Below are positions 1 through 31,400 of a DNA stretch of 64,000 bases, in pieces. The notes under the pieces were generated by a model. The model made no database searches. It was not told the DNA's origin and saw only the letters and a program-made list of their open reading frames with translations. A program made the translations under genes and the position numbers. This stretch comes from Sphaerodactylus townsendi (Eukaryota). The DNA is taken from positions 102,176,001 to 102,240,000 of the forward strand of contig NC_059428.1 of NCBI RefSeq assembly GCF_021028975.2, written 5' to 3'. Position 1 is the stretch's first letter; the number at the start of each line of letters is the position of its first letter.

Positions 1-2890
1 TCTGAGTTTTTTTAAAAATCAGTTTCAGTGTGAGAAAATTTATTGTTATACCCTTTAACTCAACTGCTCACCAAGAACTTAAATGCCATTGCACCACTGA
101 ATGATCTTTTTCTGGGACAAAGTCACTCAGTGGAGTTCACTTCAATACAACTGATCCCTGTCGAATTCCCAGGCTCCTGTCAAACACTTTATAACCATCT
201 CCTTCTTTATGAAACATACAGTTAAACCACAGTAGACCCCACTTTATGCAAGGGTTCTTCTATTCAACAGCCTGAATAACCTGGAACTGCTTGAACTCCT
301 CAGACTTCAGGGGAGGGGCAGTATATAAATTTAATAATAAATAAATAAACTGGTTTCTCCGTGGAACGCGTGTCTTTGGATATTGCAGAATGGCCCAAAC
401 TCAGATGTTGGACTGGCCTGGAGAGAGCGATGCTGAAGATCTTCTGATCAGGCCGGGGGTTGTGAGGAGACCCCCAAACCTGTGGGGTGCCTCCGCCTCC
501 TGAGCAGCAAGTATAGGGCTGAGAAGGGTAAGGCTGATCTAGTGCCAGAAGATCTGGTCCTTTCATTTTACTTATTTGATTAGATTTTGTTTGCTTGTTT
601 TTTTAAACTGGGAGGTCTGTAAATTTGGGGGTGATAATAACACAGTGGATTTTTTAAAAGGGGGTGGGGGAATAAGGAAAATTTTTGAGCCCTGGACATC
701 AAATGCTGGCTCTGAAAACCCGGGGTGTCTGCTGTTTTGGATGTATATTCATGCCTTGTGCTTTGGTGATGGCTGTGGAAAAATGCTCAAAAATATATCT
801 CGGCAAGCAAATGTTTTTGAGAGTGGTTCAGGATATCAGTTGGATATCAATAGGATTGGGCAGGATGGATCACTAGCCCTTGTAAACAAGATACGTGGGA
901 CTTGGCTGTCAAGGCCATGTGTGCTGTAGAGGTTAAGAGTGGCAGACTCTCATCTGGAGAACTGCAGTTGAATTCCCACTCCTCCACAGAAATGGCAGAC
1001 TATGATCTGGTGGCTATGCAGTAGAAGATGCCATCTTGTGAAAATTTTAACTAGGATTGTTGGTTTTAAATTGTATGTTTCAGTTTTATATTGTATATTA
1101 TTCTTTTTTTCTTTATTAACCTTTAATAGGCATAGAGTTGTATATTATTAATATTGTAAGTTGTCACGAGTCTGGCCTTATTGAGAAAGGGTGGGGGTAC
1201 AAATCAAATAAAAATAAAAGCTACAACCACTTTTAGTTTTTATTTTAGTAAGCTTGATATCATATTTTGGCAGAGATCCCAACCATCTTAGGTATGGGAC
1301 AGGAAAACAAGAAGACAGTTCAAAAGTCTCTGGAGTGATAGTGGTGGTGAATGAGAAAAACTCAATAAAACAAAAGAAGATTTGTCATACAAACACATTA
1401 TTTTTACACAACATTCTGTACTTCATCATCATCATCAATTATTTGTGAATGATGATAAGTAACAAGACAGTATTTTCCAAAAAGTCACTTCACATATTGT
1501 TTTATTATTGCATATGAAACAAATGAGAATATGGAACTAGGGAAAATATTTGAAAAAGATAAATAGTAAAATATATATGTATACTTCACCAGATTTCCCC
1601 TAAATTGACAGCCAAGTAGTATAACCCTTATGGTGGTCATGTGATAAGTCACTGTTGTTTCTTTTAACTGGCTGGCCTTTTTGGAAGATCGAAATTAGGT
1701 CTACCACCTTAATTCCTTTCTGAAACTAGTTGTTCATGAGAGCAAGTTGCGGACCTGTGACTTGTGTGCACTCTGAGATATGAAGGCTGCAGTCTGACAT
1801 CTCTTAGGAAATTTTTAAAACATCAGATCAGAAGGTGGTTAAATGATGACATATTCACAGGGTCGGCCATGTCAAAACAGTCCACTGTAATGGCCTCACC
1901 CACCATCCAGCCACTACAGTTGATGAACAGACTGTGACATAAAAGCTAGATGAACTATTGTTCCATATCAAGTCTACATTCCTATGGTCATTCTTTTTGG
2001 AGTAATTATATTGAATCCAATGGGACTGAGTTTGCAGGCCCAAGTTTGGTTTGTGCTTATGTAGATATTATCCATTTGGTCCATCAGTCCACCTCTTCAG
2101 GGATATCAATACTTTATCCCACTAGTGGGGGTGCTATAATTTTTCAACTATTCCAAAATATACATCCATTTGTCACTGGGACTGCCATGCATGCTAAGTG
2201 GGGTGTCAGATATTTTGGATACTGTTTGGGATATTTATTGTGACGAACACTATAGTGGCCATTTTTCCTCTCTCCCTTTTTCTTAAGAGCCTTCAGCTCA
2301 AGAACTATCTTTTAAAGAACAAAGTGGCACCACAAAGAAGTTAGCCTCTGCTCCTTTTCAAAAACATTTGCCTGCTAATTTGTGAACCTTCCATTTTTTT
2401 ATTTTAACTCATTGACAGGTGGGTGATCCTAGATTCCCTCACTGGCAGGTGATTCATCAGGGATACAATATTACTTTTAATTCCTATTCATTACAGCAGA
2501 AAAGCCAGAGTTAAACATGGGCTTAATTCTCCCATTTAATCCAGTCAAATCAGAGCATGCTGAACAGTGGCTGATTGTGCCGTAAAATATTAATGTAAGT
2601 AAGAACAATGGCATGGAACATAAAGTTGCAAATTAGAGGCCTGTAAACTAAAGGTTTTTTTAAAAAATAATTGAATCATTAATTATAAATACCAAATTGA
2701 AATACTGGACCAGCGAATTTATAATTGTAAACATTTGCAGATGTTCATCTAAGTGCTCATTTAAATATGGGTATTTTTAACAGCCTGTAGCTGAACAAAC
2801 AAATCAAAATGTTCTAAAGTTTTCAAGCACATCTTATAAACTCAAAATGCTTGCTTCAGTTGTGATAATATCCTTTTTAAAAAGGATCTC

Positions 2891-2896
2891 TTTATT
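2891..2896 (-). terminator. Probable F10 polyadenylation signal AATAAA
   Basis: tttatt on + strand ~200 nt past the stop codon. Confidence 0.55.
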
Positions 2897-3093
2897 AATG
2901 GTTGAACACTATCCCCATCCAATCATTTCAGAAATGATACTGTGTCATCTTTCATTGTGATCCAATTCAGCCAAAGGAGTTTAAGAATTGATTAAAACAG
3001 GTGACACACAAGATGTAAGAGATGAAATAAATAAATGAGAAAACCTTCCTGTATAAATGTGGGAGTTCAGCTACAGCAAGAGAAGAGGCAAAC

Positions 3094-21009
<17,916 letters not shown>

Positions 21010-21057
21010 AGCGCCTATCTGAGAAAACAACAGCCTGTTTCACTTCAGGGCCAGAGA

Positions 21058-21172
21058 TGAACAAGGTTCAAACAACACACTTCCTGTGACTGTGCTGTCG
21101 CTCTTATCACATATAACCAAAACGTTTGCCTCTGGATAATGAATTCTTAAAACTGTTGTGCTGACTGATTGG
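21058..21172 (-). promoter_or_regulatory. F10 proximal promoter: HNF4-like DR1 (TGAACCTTGTTCA, 21058-21070) and CCAAT box (21168-21172)
   Basis: Motifs seen at -49..-61 and ~-160 from the ATG; the mammalian F10 promoter uses HNF4 and NF-Y in this order. Confidence 0.5.
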
Positions 21173-23150
21173 ATATCCTAGACTTTTCCAAGTAAGGTCA
21201 TAGAGCCTTTGCAGATAAACAATATGTGCTAGTTTTGGTGCCTCAAAAGAAAGTTTCTGTATCCTTTGCCCCAGAAAGTCAAAAGCTGATTTCATTTATT
21301 TACAGGAATAATCTTGCACATTGTGTATTCTTCACTTAGCAATGCCAAATAACTTCCCAAGCTGGAAAAGTTATTCCTGGCAAAGCCTTTCCCCCTCCCA
21401 AAATGTTGTTACCAGAATGTTATTCCAATCTTAGAACCTGACAAGAGAGAAAACACAGTACACTTTCCTCTTGATTAATTTCTGTTGGCACCACTACACA
21501 CACACACAAAGCCCCAGAACAGTAAAAATGTGCCCTACAGTGTTTGAAGGGGGCCAACATAGATGTTGTTGGTAATTCTCTCTGGTAAAAGATACTTTTG
21601 CATTACAAGCAGAGTGCATTGAGGCACACACACGTGTGTGTGTGTGTTGGAAACCAAATAATCTCGGAGCCAATTCATAGTTTCTAACTAATAACAAGAG
21701 TCTTTATTAGTGAACTTCATCTTGGATAGAAAAGTGGAGAAATAGGTTCTCTATTTTAATCTATCTAGCTGGATGGTGAGAGAAGCTGGGGAAGTTTCCC
21801 CAGGCAGGAGGCAGCGTAAAGTCTTTCACTTCCCACACTTATTGGACCCTGGAAAAAGAGGAAGTAGGACTGAACTAGTTTGGGAGAATTGCATAACAAA
21901 ATAAGTTAATACTCTTGAGGGTACAGATGCATTGTTGAGAAACCTCTGATGCAAGAGAGACTCTAAGTCCCACAAGATGGTCACAGAATGTAATTATTGC
22001 AATCTTTAAACTAGGAATAAATAATGTTGATTGTTCTTAATTTCCCTTTACCAACTGTTCTTCTTCATCATTAATACACTGTTGAAATCAGTTGGGGCAT
22101 TTGGGATAAGTTACTCATTTTTGAGGTGCTGGCTTTATGGGGGCAACTTCCCTTTTTTGGAAAAAAATATACATAACATGGAATCAAATTTGGGACAGGA
22201 ACTACTGTAGTTCCCAGAATCAAGATAGCTGGATTAACTAATTGTTAGAGGAAATTGCTTGCTTGCGGAGTAGCATTACAAGGATCAGATTTTTTTCTGC
22301 CCAGGGGCAGCGAGTCTTCTCCACTTCAGGACCTCTAGTTGTGTACCTTTGTTTGTTTATTGTTTTATTTGTTTATTTATTGTTTTCCCACAATGCTGTC
22401 TTCCATCCCTGCACAAATAATGGATAGCTTGTTTTTTTTCAGCTGCAGCGTCTACTTTTTTCAAAACCTGGGGGTGGGGCACTGATCTTTCCAGGTGTTG
22501 TTGTTGGTGTTATCTTCTTTATGTGTTTCAGAGGGAAGATACAGCTTGTGTGGGAATGAATCACTCCCTTTTCACAGTGAACTGCCACGGTATCTTTGCT
22601 GACATTGACAAAATAAGAAAAATGTCAGGGCAATATTGTAGCACTGTTACAATGGGCAAGTGTTTTCCCCCCTCTTTTTGAATTTAAAACATTCCTGATG
22701 AGCTTTCTTCCATTCCCCCAAGAGGTCTCTTCAAAGTAGATGACAACAGTGGGACACATAGCAATTCCTATAATTGAAGGACACAAATATTGTGTTATTC
22801 TGGAGCAGCACTATAAACTGCTCAGCTGTTTTACAGTTCATTTCCTTTCAGTAACCTTTATTAGGCATTTTATGTTTTACAGTATTATTGAACTGTTCCT
22901 GAGCAATGCTATGCATGCAATCAAACTTTTTAAATAAAATGTGGGAGGAGAATCATTTTGGGGCGTAACAACAAGAGGAAAGATAAATGCAATCCACATC
23001 TGGTGTGAAAAGGAACTATGACTAACAAATATGAACAAATGGGATAGCCCTGTGCCATATGGAACTTCTGTTGAAAGTGAAAATTGAGCACTAGCAATAA
23101 AAAAACCTACTGAAAATCCATCTGTTGATTCAGTCCAGGTAAGAGTTCAC

Positions 23151-23271
23151 CAGTGGCGTAGTGCCAAGGGGATGGGGGGTGCACTATGCACTGGGCACAT
23201 GCCTGTGCGGGGGTGTGGGGGGGGGGCGGGCAGGGGTGCAGGGCACACATGTGCCCTGGTGCACGGCCCTG
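23151..23271. mobile_element. GC-rich hAT-type MITE
   Basis: cagtggcgtag start, TSD ga(g/a)ttcac. Confidence 0.7.
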
Positions 23272-23378
23272 GAATTCACTCAAGTCATATCTGAACAGCT
23301 GCAGCAGGACTAACCAAACACAGATAATCAAACTGCCTTTAAACAGTAGTGTAACTGCAGGTTCTGGAGAATGTAACT

Positions 23379-24158
23379 CAGAGTCGTATCAAGGCAAACT
23401 GGAGTCCCGGGGACAAAACCTGAGTTTGCCCCCCCCCCCCCCCCCCGGTATGGGCAGCCACCCAAACAGCATCACTTTCAATGGTATTTAAACTAGGGAG
23501 CCCAGATTCTTCTTTTAAATCCACCTTAAAGGGAGAATCTGGGGTCCCCAGTTAAAACAACAGTGAAAGTGATGCTGTTTTGGGGTGGATTCTCTTCCAC
23601 CCTGAAACAACATCACTTTCAATGTTTAAACTGGGGACCTCAGATTCTCCCTTTAAGTCCATGCCGAAGGGGGTGGATTTAAAAGGAGAATCTGGGAAAA
23701 TTTGGAGGGTGCCTGCTTTCAGGGGTGCAATTATTAAGCTAGCAGCACCAAAATTTCAGGGTATCTTTAGAAGACTCTTCTGATGATACCACCTAGGTTT
23801 GGTGAAGTTTGGTTCAGGGGGTCCAAAGTTATGGACCCTCAAATGTGTAGCCCCCATCTCCTGTTAGCACCCATTGGAAACAATGGGGGATGGGGCACCC
23901 ATTTTGGAAGTCCATAACTTTGGAACCCTTGAACCAAACCTCACCAAACTCGGGTGATATCATCAGGAGGGTCTTCTGAAAAATCCCTGAAATTTTGATG
24001 CTGCTAGCCTAAAAACTACGCCCCCTGCAGGCCAAACACTGAAAAAGACACTAAAAATACAAAACACACACAAATGAACCTAAAATTTTTGCACCCTCCA
24101 CTGAGGGGACGCCTGGTGACATGGGGTACCCCATGTCCCCTAGGCAAATATGCCACTG
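23379..24158. mobile_element. hAT-type non-autonomous element, 780 bp
   Basis: Perfect 8-bp TSD atgtaact; core homologous (inverted) to 51147-52415. Confidence 0.85.
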
Positions 24159-24819
24159 ATGTAACTTAATATTATCACATAAAACCAGTTTAAAGTAATT
24201 TGGGGACTGAGTAGAACAAAACTGGCAGAACATTATTTTGCTTGTTAGAAATGACTAGACGTGTTTAATGTTTTACCACGTGTGCAAAAACCAAACAATC
24301 CCCTATGAAAACTAAGGTCTGGATAATCACCATCAAATACTGGCTGAATGTGCTCTTCAACTCTCAACCCTTGAGCCTGCTGTCATCAATGTGAGAAGAT
24401 ACTTATCAATCTAACTGGTATAGAAAAAATATTTGTATGATTTGATCCATTGGTATCGGCCCTGACCTTCTAAGGTAGTCTGACCAATCTAGCATCTTGA
24501 GAACTATAACACAAAGAATTTGAGATTATGAAACAGCACCTCTGATCCAAAAATCTGTTCCAAAAATCTGTTATCCTCAATTTCTAGGTATTCAGGGTAA
24601 CCATAACTCCAAGTTGTTCTTAAACCTTTTCTTTTGTCTGCATCCCTACCAGAAGCCTCTGCTCCTTGTTTTGATCTGTGAAGAAAAGGTCAGGATTGGG
24701 AAGAGGCCTTACTCAGTCTGTTCCCCCCCTCCCAACCTGGTGTTAAGGACGAGTAAAATAATATCAAAACACACACACAAATGTACAATTAAGCTTTAGT
24801 TTTAGTACATGATCTTTAA

Positions 24820-24825
24820 TTTATT
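24820..24825 (-). terminator. Probable F7 polyadenylation signal AATAAA
   Basis: tttatt on + strand ~85 nt past the stop codon. Confidence 0.55.
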
Positions 24826-24908
24826 GAACATGATTAAAGAATACTGATGATGGAGATGTCAAAAATACCTAGGTAGAACTACAACAGATAATGTAGACAT
24901 TGTCCGCA

Positions 24909-25450
24909 TTAACAAAGCGTATGATTGTTTAACCAGTCAATGTATCTTGATATTTTTGTGTAAACGCCATAGGTACCTTCAGCTGCACACCCCTTCCCCC
25001 AGCTCACAACTCCTGTTAGAAACCAAGTATTCTTGTACTCGGTGACGTGGGGGCCACCACTGTCACCATCACAAGCATCTTTAATCCCTGTCAAGTACCC
25101 CGCACAAAACATGTTCCTTGTAATATTGAAATGAGTGTGCTGAATGCATTCTTTAGTCTTTATTTTGGGCAGCCTCACTTGCAGAAGGAGAGAGGAAGTA
25201 GCCCCGCCTTCTATTAAACGCCCCCACCCACTCACTGTAGAATATTTAATGAAGGACAAGACATCCACTGCAAACTGTTGCTCAGGCAAGCATATGGGTA
25301 CCACATAATCTGTATAGTTTGCTGGCTCGTCTAATCGTAGTAAGGCGATGTCGTTGTCAGTTTTTTTAGGGATATATTTTTCATGGATTATAATTTGAGC
25401 AACCCTCCTTTCCTGTTCAGTCTCCTCTTCATGATCTCTGTCATATTCAC
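24909..25450 (-). CDS. F7: F7 exon 8 (protease, stop)
   Basis: GEYD...[10 protein letters not shown]...VSGWGRL...[11 protein letters not shown]...WGKGCA; ccag| acceptor. Confidence 0.97.
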
Positions 25451-28400
25451 CTGGATAAGCAATAAACATGTTCAGAGTGCAGATATCAAATTCACGTGAG
25501 TCACCAATTTAGTTGAGTTTAGTTTATTCAATTTATATGCTGCCCTCCCGCGAAGGGGGAGAAGGGGCACTCCTCGTCTACTAGAAAACTGTTGGAATCT
25601 TTTCTGTGACTGGCCTGTGCGCATGCAGATTACACAGAAGCCACAACAATGAATATTCAAAAACATTTAACAGTGATTTACCATTTCAGTTTTGCTCTCC
25701 CTCTTACATGGAGTCTATAATTGAATTTATGAGATCAGAATACGGTAGACTCTCCAGAATAAAAGACCTTGTCTTGAGGACAAACAGCCTCATGTTGGCT
25801 CTCTTACTCATCTATGTATACATTAGCCCAGTTGGTGGACATTTACCCCTCAGGAAATTGTGTAAGGAAAGAGGTTTCTGATGATGTCACTGAAACCTGT
25901 GGAGCCCTATGGAAATCCACTTCATATGAAGAGCTGCCTTAATGGTGAAAAGTCCGCATGATGGTGTTAGAAACGGCCACCTGCAAAGAATTCTGCTGTC
26001 TCCAAATTTTCTCTCTAAAATACATTACTGCTAGAGCTGTGTTGGCAATATGCCCTGAGTGTCAGGAGACAATAAAGGGGGAGGCTATTTGTCTCCCTGT
26101 GAAATTTCTATGGACATCTAGTTTGTCTCTGTGGGAAACAGGATGCTGAACTTGATGCATCTGAGATCAGAGTCAGCTGATTCCTTCTTAACGTTCCTTG
26201 TTTCAATCCCCCTTTTCTCCTGAGGTACACCACACACAATAGTGAGCCTTTGTTTATTCAATTTTTCTGGTCCTCACTTCCATTGATTTTTAAAAAAATA
26301 AATCTAATTCAGCCATTAATCTAGCTAGCTGACACTATGAAGTCACTGTTTATCAACCCCCCCCCCCAAAAAAAACGGGCTAATGACCCATTAAGTTGCT
26401 TGGAGCCCCCCACCCCCAAAATACAGCTATAATAAAAATAGAAAAGAAATACAAAAAATTGTTACCATATTGTTTGCAGTAGTTGTGGTTAGGAAGTGGT
26501 TATGGTAGCTTCCTATCAGAATCAAGCACATGTTTCCAGCCTTGCCTATCGTGAATGTTCTGCATATGAAGCACCCACTATGTATATTCTCCCAAGTATC
26601 CAAGATAAAATTCAGTATTTGTTTATTTATTTGTGTTATTTATACTCTGCCTTTCTGACGGGGACTCAAGGTGAATTACAAAGAGTGAGTCAGTACAATC
26701 AACAAGTCAGGGCATTCAGTAAACAATGAAGTAGAATTTGGGACCTGGGCAGTCCTATCCATGAGCAAGAGCCTGGCCATGGCGCTGCGGCTGCACCCAA
26801 CCACAGCCTTCAAAGAGGCTTCCCAGGGGCATAGAGAGGTCCAAAAGCCTCCCCGCCACCGAGAAGTTCCAATGGGCTGCACTGCACTTACACCAGCCCA
26901 AAGATAGACTTAAATACAGGCTACAGCCTGTCAGGCCAATGGGGCAAAAGGCCAGGAGGGAGCTGACTAATGTCAGTTAACCCTCTCCCCCAGCCCCACC
27001 CTGCCCCCACTATGCCCCTGGAGATGCAGAGACACTGTCACAGAGTCCTGCACAGCGTCCCAGCACCAGTACTCCCCTTTGGATGGAACTCTAAGAGTGT
27101 AAAAAGGTAATTACAATTACTTAAGGCCATTGTCTTGGCCCCTCCACAGCAAATAGCAGCAATATCCTTTTCTGCATCCTGTAGTACATGCAGGGAAGCA
27201 GATTAAGGGACAGCGGGAGGGAGGCATAGGACAGAATGGGACAAAAGGAACCCAGAATGAGAGAAAGTCAACCAGGGTAAGATTAGGAGTTCATAAGGTT
27301 AGGCAAGTACTTGCCATGAAGTACCTGCCATATATAAGGATATCCTCTGATGTATTAAAGACCAGAGGCCTGAGGAGAAAAGCAGGTGGTTAAAAAATAA
27401 CTAAGTAAGGAGGAAACAGGATCAAAGAACAGAAAGGGGACAAACAGCCACACAAAACTGGGAAGGGAGGCAGAGGCGTAGCAAGGAGGGAAAGTGCCTG
27501 GTGCACTGATGTGTCCTTCACCTCCGTCCCGCCCCGTCCCACCCCAGAACCCCCTCGCTACACCCCCACAGGGGCACGCCTGGTGCATCACACACCCCAC
27601 CGCCCCCTTGGAGCGATGCCTCTGAAGGGAGGTAATGGCTGCCTGCACAGTTAGCTATAGATTCTTTTTAGTGCCGGTATCATATTTCAGTAAACATTCC
27701 TCCCATTTAGTTTTCCTACAATTCTTCCAAAATCAATGACAATTTCACTTACCCAATTTAATTCTGAGTCCACTGGGGTGCGTATGGTCCAGGCAGTGAG
27801 CTGCAGTAACTACCCATGATTGAGCAACTAAAACACCTCCACATTTTGCTTTTACTCCATCTATTAGGAGTGCCTGAAAATGCAGGAACAGTCAGTATAT
27901 GACAAGAATTTACACAGAGGTCATTTGCTCAAGCATCACCATCTAGTGTTGGAAGAAGAAAGTGGTTTAAGTGGAACACTTTAAAATGGGTTGGATCCCA
28001 CCAGATTCTCTGCTGAGCTAGAGATAGGTGGTTTTTCTTTTGACTTCTCAAAGGACCTATGCTAGGATTGCATGATGCAAATAGATAAAGGGGATGGAGT
28101 TGCAGTGAAGAAAGTACTGAACTTACGACTAGGGAGAAGAATTCCTAGCCCAGGGTCTAAGAGCAGAGCTCATTCATCTTCTGGCAGAGTAGTGTACTCT
28201 GGACAGAGACAGAGTACTCTGGTGCTTGTATAAGTGGGGTCAGATTTAGAGTAGATTTATTTTAAAGTGGTACATTTATTGTAAAGTGGTGCAGGATGGA
28301 ACACTTAAGAGAACCCCCAGAAAGTCATATATTTATACATAGAAAAGCTGACCAGCAATAAAGATCAGAAGAAAAGATCTTAGAAGAATGAAGGGACACT

Positions 28401-31400
28401 CTTTGCCTTTGGGTATAAGGAAGGTGGCAGTTTTACCTCTCATGATCTCCTGCCTTCACAGCTACCATTGAGGCATTTTATACAATTTGGTTGCAAATTG
28501 CCTCTTAAACTATTTCTGAAATACAGGCAGCTAGGAGCGACCATTCACAGGTAGGTGATCTCACTGCAGTTATAGATGTTTGATGCTGCCACATGCAGGA
28601 GGACAGTTTTAGAGGGTAGCCATGTTGGTCTGGAGTAGAGCAGCTTGGATCTCAGAGATCAACAAGATTTGAGCTTTCAAGAGTCAAAGGTCCCTTCATC
28701 AGATACCTTTCTTCCTCAAGGTGGCACCTTCTATTGTGGGGAGTAGTAGAATATTTGAAGGGTTTTTTCCCGTGAAAAATTGTGTTTTTAAAAATACTTT
28801 TACTGTACGATTTTGTGAATTTAAATTTTTTTACTACTGTGGAGCCTTTGCACTCCTTCTGGATACAAACACAAGTGCAGCAACGTTCAGCTAGGCAGGT
28901 TAAGAATGGCAACTGGATTTCTTTCCCTCCCCAGAGGTTTTTTACTGCTTCAGGGCACCAGGATCATAGAGTTCTGTGCCAGGTACTTGGAGTATGAAAA
29001 TGTTAACAAAAATGTTACTAAAATTCAATAAAGACTTACTTGCCATGGACATTCGCCTGGAGGACAGATATGACCACCTACAATTCTTCCCTCCCGATTC
29101 TCATTTCTTTGGGCCAAAATGCGAATTTGCCCACATGGATATTCAACTGTAAAAAGATTAACATACCTCATTCAGTGTTGTAGATATAGATTTTTTATGG
29201 GGTGGGTTCGGTGACTGAGGGCTTTCTGGCTGTTCCATTTCATGCACTGGTTCAATCAAGCCGGACATGTAATGGGAGGAGTTTGAACCTGAGAAACCCC
29301 GCCCCTCTTACCTATGTCTCTGCTCATTATATACAAGACTTGTGACATGAGCCATTTTAGGCGGGATTAACACCAAACAGCAGTAAGTGATATTTTGAAA
29401 AGTATATATAATCTTCTGGACCATAATTATGTAGCCTTCCTTTATACTTTATTTATTTACTTTATTTATATCCCACCTTTCTCTTTAGTGGGGACCAAAT
29501 GCAGCTAAGTTGTTCTCCTTTCCTCCATTTTAGCCTCACACCAACCCTGGGAGATAGGTTAGGCAACTGGCCAAAGGTCACCAAGCAAGCTTCCATGGGA
29601 GTGTGGGGCCTCAAACCTGATCTTCCCAGAGAGCTGTCCTCAATCATAGGCCTGGCGGAACATCTCAGTCTTACAGGCTCTGAGAAACTGATCCTGATCC
29701 TGCAGAGTTCGAGTTTCATTTTATAGATGGTTCCAACAGGCTGGAGCAAGAGCCAGAAAGCTCTGGCCCTGATCAAAAACAGTCAGATAGTGTTGGGTCT
29801 GGGGACCAACATTTAGTTGATACCGACTAGTGGAATGCTCTCCGGGGGGTCTAGTGGGAGAGATGGTTTTGCAGATACAATGGTCCCAGATTATTTAGGG
29901 TTTTGAAAGTCAACACCAAAACGTTGAATCTGATCATGTATTCAACTTGGAGCAAGTGCAGCTGGTTGAATGTGTGCTCTTCAAGGGGTCCCCTTAAGGA
30001 TCCACACCACCCTATTCTGGACCAATTGAAGTTTCCAGAGCCACTTCAAAGGTCCAGTACTGTAACCACTAAATCACGCTTGCTCCCGGATTACACAACT
30101 GAACTTCTAAAAAAACCTCAGGTACCTGTTTTGTATCATTAAATGGCTGTGCTTATCTAAATATGTCATTCAGTTTGTTCTGAGTTCATTCGCAGTAGGC
30201 TGATAAAGTTACATGTAGTGCGACATATGCTATCTAAATAAATCTTTGGACTGCAACTGATTTTGACATTCATTGGGTTGGATCCTATGATTTGCTTTTG
30301 TCGAGGAAGGACTCTCGCTTCAGAGTCAGAGGATCCAGCTCAATGAGTTCGCACTATTCACTTACGGAGCTGCCTACTGCAGGAGTTGCAGTTCAGCTCC
30401 TGATAATGTAAACATCATGTACTAGCACAAAAGATACACAAATCAGTTGTGAGCCAGATCGCTGACAGAAGCCATATTTCAGCCGAGAACATGGAGCTGC
30501 AACTTATATGGGAAGAAAAAATCACTCCCAAAAGGTGAAACTATATTGTTGGACAGGGCATGCACTGAGGTGGGGCAGCAACCAAAGCCCACTGCTACTG
30601 ACCTCTTGCCCATGTGCCTTTCCTGTCACCTCCCTGCTGAGGAGGGGAAGGGCCTCTGGGCACACTCTGCCCTAGCGTCCCCCAAATCTGGAACCACCTC
30701 TGAAATGGGTAATGAGCTTATCTAATCAAGAGGCTTTGTGATTCATGTCAATATTAGTCTCAAGCTAAAAGGAAAGGCATGGTATACATATTTTAAATTA
30801 ATAAATAAAAAGTAGATCTCAGTTTGATAATGTAAAAAAAATTCCTATCTGTTGTATTGTCTGGCATCTGTCTGGAAAGGGATGCTACATAAATTGTTGT
30901 GACATCCAATGTTCCTTACCTTCTGGAATGCAAGATATTTCATCATTGGCTAGCCTGTATCCATTCGCACAAGAACACTCCCGTACTGTAGTTGCGGTAT
31001 CGTGGCAGTAATGGTGGCAATCACCATTGTCATAAATGCACTTCAATTTTTCTATTTTGCCTATTAGGGGAGACAACTTGATTGAACAGACACATAAAGC
31101 TAAAGACAACTTTCAGATGGACATCAGAATAATAATGTAGATGGAACTGACTGTAAGGAAGAAACAGAGACTAATAATTAATATTCATGGTTTTTAGTTA
31201 TGTGTTTATATAGTATTTTCTTTCAGTACTGCACCAGTAATCACTGAGCAAGGTTTTGGAAGAGGAATACCATTGTTTTTTTGTGTGTGTGATTACTGTT
31301 TTGTGAAGGGTGGCATGGAAGGGAGGGAAGGGGAGGGGCCCGGCATCTGGGCATGGCCCAGGGGGAGGGGTGGGAGGGGGGAGGGGAGGGGAGGATGGTA

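Noticed and set aside
1-2890. PROZ exon 1, expected downstream of F10 by synteny
   Set aside because: No ATG + signal peptide + donor combination could be supported; the gene probably starts outside the window.
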